From the NCBI GenBank assembly GCA_018693795.1, contig JABHMJ010000043.1:1-49971 (forward strand): 49,971 nucleotides of DNA, in the 5' to 3' direction. This document shows, one piece after another, positions 45,077 to 49,971 of the stretch. Made by a program: the position numbers and the translations under genes. Every line of letters begins with the position of its first letter. Position 1 is the stretch's first letter. The stretch comes from Candidatus Woesearchaeota archaeon (GTDB lineage Archaea > Nanobdellota > Nanobdellia > SCGC-AAA011-G17 > PNOQ01). The notes under the pieces are model-generated. The model was not told the DNA's origin, ran no database searches, and worked only from the letters and a program-made list of their open reading frames with translations.

Positions 45077-45388
45077 CTATTTACTTGTATGTTCATCAAA
45101 ATAAACAAGTCTCATTCCAGGATGAATTAAATCTGGATTTTCTAAATCATTTTGTTCAGCAATCTCATAAGGGGAGATTTTATGGCCATAATATTTTTCT
45201 AATTTATTGGCAATCTTAGTTAAATTATCTCCCTCTCTAATAAGACTATGAGACCTAATATTGATTTTATTTCCATCATATGAATATTTTAAAAAAAGTT
45301 CTCCATCTCTGCCAAGATTACCTGCCAAAGAAGAAGAAGACAAAACCAAATTGCCTGCAATCAAAAGGGAGGTTAATATTTTTTTCAT
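45077..45388 (-). CDS. Secreted LysM-domain protein (103 aa)
   Basis: Signal peptide. HSLIREGDNLTKIANKL...ISPYEIAEQNDLENPDLIHPGMRLV matches the LysM pattern (v..GDtL..IA......eL...N.l....l..Gq.L). Confidence 0.7.
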   Translation of the reverse strand: MKKILTSLLIAGNLVLSSSSLAGNLGRDGELFLKYSYDGNKINIRSHSLIREGDNLTKIANKLEKYYGHKISPYEIAEQNDLENPDLIHPGMRLVYFDEHTSK

Positions 45389-45418
45389 AAGAATTAAAAA
45401 TTAAAAAACTATATAAAA

Positions 45419-45688
45419 TTATCTCATCTCAAACCCATATTTAATTTCATTTATTTCAGGATGCCCTTCTAAATACAAATCACATAATTTTTCAATATAA
45501 TGCCCAAAAGGAATTGGACTATTAACTGTATGTGTCCCCACACCATCAAAAGTTAAAACACTTTCAATTCCACCAGTAGTAATAATACTATCTCTCTCAA
45601 TAATACAAGGTTTCAATCTATATCCATATGGCAATCCAGGATTAATTATCCTTTTTACATATTCATCAAATTCTTTCTTTCTATTCAT
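45419..45688 (-). CDS. Hypothetical protein (89 aa)
   Basis: ORF only. Confidence 0.4.
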   Translation of the reverse strand: MNRKKEFDEYVKRIINPGLPYGYRLKPCIIERDSIITTGGIESVLTFDGVGTHTVNSPIPFGHYIEKLCDLYLEGHPEINEIKYGFEMR

Positions 45689-45777
45689 TTTAAAACCGAA
45701 AAATTAGCTAAAATATCCCATATATAAATTATTCTATTTCCATAATAATTAAATACTAATAATAAATCTAAAAATCT

Positions 45778-46512
45778 ATGATAGATCCAGTAGCTATAAC
45801 ATTAGGAACAATTCAAATACGTTGGTATGGAATAATAATGGCATTTGGATTTTTATTAGCTTATTTCATTTCTCAAAAACTAGCAAAATACAGAAACATA
45901 TCAAAACAAGATATGTCTGATTATTTTATGTACTTTATAATTTCTTCAATAATTGGGGCAAGACTCTGGGCAGTAATATTAAACTACCAAAATTACATAA
46001 GTAATCCTTTAGAAATTTTTGCAGTTTGGCATGGAGGAATGGCAGTTCATGGGGGAATAGCTGGAGCAGTTATAGCAACACATTATTTTGCAAAAAAAAG
46101 AAATTTAAATTTTTATGATCTTGCAGATATAATAGTAATTCCTACAGCACTAGGACTTGCATTGGGAAGAATTGGTAATTTTATAAATCAAGAATTTTAC
46201 GGCAAACCAACTTCATTACCTTGGGGAGTTTTCTTCGACAATATAGAACAAAAAAGACATCCTTCACAAATTTATGAATCACTAAAAAATTTACTAATCT
46301 TCGGAATAACATTAAAACTATTCATATTTAAAAAATTAAAAAGAGGAACAATATTCTGGTTATTTATTTTATTTTACTCAATACTAAGATTTTCGGTAGA
46401 ATTCTTAAAAGACATGCCAACATTATTTAACTTAACTTATGGACAAATAATTTCAATACCATTAATAATACTATCAATAATTATGTTAAGAAAAATAGCA
46501 AATCCTACGTAA
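45778..46512 (+). CDS. lgt: Prolipoprotein diacylglyceryl transferase (bacterial-type Lgt)
   Basis: IRWYGIIMAFGFLLAY, WHGGMAVHGGIAG, GRIGNFINQEFYGKPTSLPWGV and RHPSQIYES are canonical Lgt signatures. Confidence 0.9.
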   Translation: MIDPVAITLGTIQIRWYGIIMAFGFLLAYFISQKLAKYRNISKQDMSDYFMYFIISSIIGARLWAVILNYQNYISNPLEIFAVWHGGMAVHGGIAGAVIATHYFAKKRNLNFYDLADIIVIPTALGLALGRIGNFINQEFYGKPTSLPWGVFFDNIEQKRHPSQIYESLKNLLIFGITLKLFIFKKLKRGTIFWLFILFYSILRFSVEFLKDMPTLFNLTYGQIISIPLIILSIIMLRKIANPT

Positions 46513-46569
46513 CATTTAAATAGCATTTAACAATATCTAAAATATTCTAATTATACGGAGGGATAAAAT

Positions 46570-47619
46570 TTGGAAGAAAATATGAACATCGAAAATAAAC
46601 AAGAAGAAAACACTCCAGTTGTAAAACAAACTAAAAAAAACAATTGGAAAATAGCTAGTTTCGTACTAGGAATTCTACTTGTAGTTAGCATCATTTCTAG
46701 CACAGGATTATTATCAATTTCTGGAAATGCTGCGGCAATAGATGCTGTTGATTTCATAAATAATGAAATGTTACAAGGACAAACAACAGCAACATTAGAA
46801 GACGTAACTAAAGAAAATGGATTAATTAAAGCAACAATTAACGTTGAAGGACAAGCAACTCCAATCTATATTTCAAATGATGGAAAATTAATGTTTTTGC
46901 AAGCAGTTCCAATAACTGGGGCGGCAACAGCAGCAACAACAACACCAACACAAAATTCTCCAACTACTCAACCACCAGTAGATGTTCCAAAATCTGATAA
47001 ACCAGTTGTAGACTTATTCATAATGTCTCACTGCCCATACGGAACTCAAATGGAAAAAGGATTGTTACCGGTAGTAAAAGTCTTAGAAGATGATATTGAC
47101 TTTAATTTGAAATTTGTTTATTATGCAATGCATCCAACTCAAGGTGAAGTTGAAGAACAATTAAACCAATACTGTATTAGAGAAGAACAAGAAGATAAAT
47201 TATTAGATTATCTATATTGTTTCCTTGAAGATGGTGATGGAGAAAGATGTTTAGCAGAAACAAACATTGATACTACAAAATTAGAAACTTGTGTAACAAC
47301 AGCAGACGCAGAATTCGGAATAACTAGTAGCCTAGAAGATAAAGCTTCATGGTTGAGCGGAAAATTCCCACTATTTAATACTGATAAAGCAGATAATGAA
47401 AAATATGGTGTAGGTGGATCTCCAACGTTAGTTATTAACGGAAAAACTGCAAGTTCTGGAAGAGATTCAATATCTTTGCTAAAAACAGTTTGTGGTGCAT
47501 TTAACAATGAACCAGAAGCATGTACAACAACAGAATTTGAAGCTGGATCGCCAACCCCTGGATTTGGTTGGGATACAACAGCACAAGCAAATAGCGCAGC
47601 CGCAGGTTGTGGTTATTAA
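46570..47619 (+). CDS. Membrane-anchored thioredoxin-fold (DsbA-like) protein with a single-Cys CPYG site and a Thr/Pro-rich linker
   Basis: DLFIMSHCPYGTQ stands where relatives carry CPYC. YGVGGSPTLVINGK is the cis-Pro region. The TTG start at 46570 has GGAGGG 7 nt upstream; the first ATG is at 46582. Confidence 0.6.
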   Translation: MEENMNIENKQEENTPVVKQTKKNNWKIASFVLGILLVVSIISSTGLLSISGNAAAIDAVDFINNEMLQGQTTATLEDVTKENGLIKATINVEGQATPIYISNDGKLMFLQAVPITGAATAATTTPTQNSPTTQPPVDVPKSDKPVVDLFIMSHCPYGTQMEKGLLPVVKVLEDDIDFNLKFVYYAMHPTQGEVEEQLNQYCIREEQEDKLLDYLYCFLEDGDGERCLAETNIDTTKLETCVTTADAEFGITSSLEDKASWLSGKFPLFNTDKADNEKYGVGGSPTLVINGKTASSGRDSISLLKTVCGAFNNEPEACTTTEFEAGSPTPGFGWDTTAQANSAAAGCGY

Positions 47620-47657
47620 TTTTTTTTCTTTTTTTAATTAATTTTATAAACTAAACA

Positions 47658-47879
47658 TTGTCTACATTCTTTATGATAAATACATTAGAATACACAGTTA
47701 ATGAAAAAATGCCAGAGGATATTCTTGAAGCAATTCAAAATAGTAAATGGAAACCAAGAATCCCTACACCAAGAGAAATAGAAAGAGCAGCACGTACAGA
47801 AAGAACAAGATTATACAGAAAACCAATTAATTTTGGATATTTGCTAAAAAGTATATCAAGATATTTCAATAGTTTTTAG
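47658..47879 (+). CDS. Hypothetical small protein (up to 73 aa)
   Basis: The track start is a TTG; the first ATG is at 47674. No motif recognised. Confidence 0.3.
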   Translation: MSTFFMINTLEYTVNEKMPEDILEAIQNSKWKPRIPTPREIERAARTERTRLYRKPINFGYLLKSISRYFNSF

Positions 47880-47913
47880 TTAACTTTTTAAATTTCATTT
47901 CTTTTTTATTATA

Positions 47914-48327
47914 ATGAAAATTTGGGTGGCATTAGTAATTCTATTAATTATTCCTGTTTCTATAGCAAAAGATGTTGATATTCCTAAAGTTTTTGAAACT
48001 GAAAAAGGTTTAACAGAAGAAACTACTTATTTTTACACAGGAGATAAATTACTTGCATCTAAAGATTCTTCAGGAATAACTTATCATTATCAAAATAGAT
48101 TAAATTCAGACATTAATTCTAAATCACTTCCATTCGGACAAGAAATAAATAATCAAAAAAGATTTTCATTTACTGGAAAAGAACTAGATGAGAGCCTTTA
48201 TTATTTTGGAGCAAGATATTACGATCCAAAGATTGGCAGATTTACTTCAGTAGATCCAGTAAAATCAGAACCCCCTTATCAATATGTAAAAAATAATCCA
48301 ATGAATCTAATAGACCCTGACGGCAGA
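47914..48327 (+). repeat. Conserved N-terminal module (signal peptide + RHS core to DPDGR), copy 3 of 3
   Basis: See 11595-12017. This is the most diverged of the three copies. Confidence 0.8.
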
Positions 48328-48969
48328 CAAACTGTAGAAACCTCATTTGATGAATTTAAATCATATCTAAAAAAATATTTCAAACCAGAAATAAGAAGAC
48401 ATGCAGATAAAATAGTAAATATGGCCTATGGAGAAGTATCATTTGAAACCACAAGTGGAGAAAGAAGTTTTTCAGTTTACCCTGGATTTGCATCTAATAC
48501 AGAATTCAGGAATACTGCATTTGAATTAGCTAAAGATTACTATGTAAATTCATATATGGATGGCGGGGCAACTAGAATAGAAGCCTTACGTGGTTATTGG
48601 ACTGAAATGACATTAGTAAGAATGAATGAAGAAGTGCCAGGAGGAATAGAAGAAAAATATTATCATGTTGATGTTGGTTTTGACAATGTTAAATGGTACA
48701 GAGGGATATTTAGGTTAGAAAAAGTTGAAAGAAATATTCCAATAAGTTTGAGATTAGATATAGCTTTAGATCTATTTGCAGAAGGAACAGTAGAAAGAGC
48801 TGCTGTAGAATTAAGAATGGATCAAGATAATAAAAGAAAACAAAAACAATTAGATAGATTAATATTTAAAAGAGAAACAGGAAAAGAAATGCCAAAATCA
48901 AGTTGGACAGATAATATAAAAATTAAAAGAAATTTCTTAAATGACATATATGACTTTGTCCATAGATAG
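47914..48969 (+). CDS. Secreted RHS-core family protein, paralogue 3, with a unique ~210-aa C-terminal domain
   Basis: Same N-terminal module (YYFGARYYDPKIGRFTSVDP...NNPMNLIDPDGR), after which the sequence is unrelated to paralogues 1 and 2. Confidence 0.75.
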   Translation: MKIWVALVILLIIPVSIAKDVDIPKVFETEKGLTEETTYFYTGDKLLASKDSSGITYHYQNRLNSDINSKSLPFGQEINNQKRFSFTGKELDESLYYFGARYYDPKIGRFTSVDPVKSEPPYQYVKNNPMNLIDPDGRQTVETSFDEFKSYLKKYFKPEIRRHADKIVNMAYGEVSFETTSGERSFSVYPGFASNTEFRNTAFELAKDYYVNSYMDGGATRIEALRGYWTEMTLVRMNEEVPGGIEEKYYHVDVGFDNVKWYRGIFRLEKVERNIPISLRLDIALDLFAEGTVERAAVELRMDQDNKRKQKQLDRLIFKRETGKEMPKSSWTDNIKIKRNFLNDIYDFVHR

Positions 48970-48972
48970 TTA

Positions 48973-48983
48973 ATTTTATAAAT
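48973..48983 (+). promoter_or_regulatory. TATA-like box upstream of tRNA-Tyr
   Basis: ATTTTATAAAT is centred ~30 nt upstream of the tRNA 5' end. Confidence 0.4.
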
Positions 48984-49007
48984 AATATAAAGTTCTAATT
49001 TCTATGT

Positions 49008-49130
49008 CCCGTCATAGCTCAGCGGTAGAGCGTGTGGCTGTAGATACTATTAGACTATGTCGTAAAGACTAGGTATGAAAAATAGTCAGCTGAACCCGCA
49101 AGGTCCCCGGTTCAAATCCGGGTGACGGGA
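49008..49130 (+). tRNA. tRNA-Tyr (anticodon GUA) with a ~51-nt intron at or next to the canonical 37/38 site
   Basis: Hand fold: acceptor CCCGTCA/TGACGGG (C1:G72), D arm GCTC-AGCGGTA-GAGC, anticodon stem TGTGG/CCGCA, loop start CTGTAG(A), variable AGGTC, T arm CCCGG-TTCAAAT-CCGGG, discriminator A. The intron spans roughly 49044/49045 to 49094/49095 and contains an internal helix, GACTAT (49053-49058) with ATAGTC (49082-49087). Confidence 0.85.
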
Positions 49131-49192
49131 TAACTTTTCTTAAGTGGTAACAATTAGAAAGATTTATAAATAACTTAAAAATTATCCTTTAT

Positions 49193-49627
49193 ATGAAAGA
49201 TTCCAATATAGACTATGGATTTGAAAAAATATTAAACGATATTTCAAAAGGTATAAAAAAAGCATATAGTTTCGGTTATGCTGCTCCAACTTATTTCAGA
49301 AAAAACGATGAAAAGCAAAAAAGAACCAACAACCCAAATCTATTTTATTCAAAAAATGATATAGGGGAAGTGGGTGCAGCTAGTCTTGCTGGATCATTTG
49401 CTGGATTTATGGTTAATGGATTAACAATTGTCCCTTCATTAGGCTTAATATTAAATTCTTCTAAACTTCCAGATAATGTCTTATTTCCTGCATTATTCAT
49501 TCCATTCATTACCAACTCAATTTCAGGAATATATGAGCATTATTTCGTTCAACCATACTTAAAACAACAAGAAACAAACAACACAATTGAAAATTTAATT
49601 GAAGATTCAAAAGGAGATAATAATTAA
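49193..49627 (+). CDS. Hypothetical membrane protein (144 aa)
   Basis: ATTTATAAAT lies ~27 nt upstream of the ATG. Two hydrophobic segments in the centre. Confidence 0.5.
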   Translation: MKDSNIDYGFEKILNDISKGIKKAYSFGYAAPTYFRKNDEKQKRTNNPNLFYSKNDIGEVGAASLAGSFAGFMVNGLTIVPSLGLILNSSKLPDNVLFPALFIPFITNSISGIYEHYFVQPYLKQQETNNTIENLIEDSKGDNN

Positions 49628-49629
49628 AA

Positions 49630-49971
49630 ATGGACGAATATCAGGAAATTAATGAAAGAAAACATATGCTTATTAGGCCCAGACATAGGGCAGATAGCAT
49701 TATAAGAAATTTAGATAGAGATTTGAAATCAAATTTCCCTCATCTCGAAATTCAAACTGATCACACACATATATCAAATGGCAGGATACTTGAGGTTGGA
49801 TTCTCTAGCAAAGGAAATATTTTGGAAGGGAAAATGAAATATAAATATTATTTTGGTCATGCAGGCGATTCAGATGGTGGAAATCATACTCTTGAATCAT
49901 CTTTTACCTATTGTCCTCCAATAGAAAATTCCCAAGAATATGAACAATTAAAAAAATTGATAAATAAAAAA
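49630..49971 (+). CDS. Hypothetical protein, 3'-truncated by the window edge
   Basis: Hand translation from the ATG at 49630 (MDEYQEINERKHMLIRPRHRADSI...) stays open for 114 codons to the end of the window. It is absent from the ORF track because no stop codon is reached. Confidence 0.45.
   Translation, partial: MDEYQEINERKHMLIRPRHRADSIIRNLDRDLKSNFPHLEIQTDHTHISNGRILEVGFSSKGNILEGKMKYKYYFGHAGDSDGGNHTLESSFTYCPPIENSQEYEQLKKLINKK

Noticed and set aside
1-49971. CRISPR arrays and rRNA genes
   Set aside because: No regularly spaced direct repeats and no rRNA-like conserved stretches were seen anywhere in the window.
1-49971. Possibility that the contig is bacterial (for example CPR), given lgt, SLT, LysM, RHS core, Csp and DsbA-like genes
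   Set aside because: L10e, L35Ae, Rpp30 and archaeal-type PyrH all point to an archaeon. So do the intron-bearing tRNA-Tyr with C1:G72 and the BRE/TATA spacing. The bacterial-type genes are interleaved with these archaeal genes. Chimerism cannot be formally excluded without read-level data.

Overview
This is an AT-rich archaeal chromosome segment, judged by eye with no statistics computed. It most resembles a small-genome DPANN-type archaeon.

Archaeal markers:
- ribosomal proteins L10e and L35Ae
- an RNase P Rpp30 subunit
- an archaeal-type UMP kinase
- a tRNA-Tyr with a C1:G72 pair and a ~51-nt anticodon-loop intron
- TATA-like boxes ~25-30 nt upstream of many ATGs

Layout:
- nt 1-10.9 kb is a defence/mobile island. 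It holds a 5'-truncated SF1 helicase fused to a Vsr/DUF559 nuclease and DUF3320, translationally coupled to a DUF2779 nuclease. These are followed by type III Mod/Res, a RadC-like JAB protein and a tyrosine recombinase with a C-terminal zinc ribbon.
- The rest is core metabolism and information processing mixed with many secreted or cell-surface genes. Core genes are ppsA, acs, H+-PPase, a two-subunit 2-oxoacid:ferredoxin oxidoreductase plus ferredoxin, a SufS-like desulfurase, thyX, tmk, pyrH, and an E1-like/ThiS-like/TtuA-NcsA-like sulfur-carrier cluster.

Most notable observations:
1. The helicase-nuclease/DUF2779/type III R-M four-gene block is a candidate composite defence system.
2. Three dispersed paralogues share a signal peptide and a minimal RHS-core module ending at DPxG, then carry unrelated C-terminal domains. 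This is a polymorphic-toxin architecture.
3. Two tandem, promoter-equipped, UUCG-hairpin-rich candidate small RNAs lie on the minus strand between tmk and acs.
4. A set of typically bacterial envelope functions is present: lgt plus lipobox proteins, an SLT lytic transglycosylase and a LysM protein.

No rRNA genes or CRISPR arrays were seen. All protein calls rest on motif recognition by eye. No database search was run.
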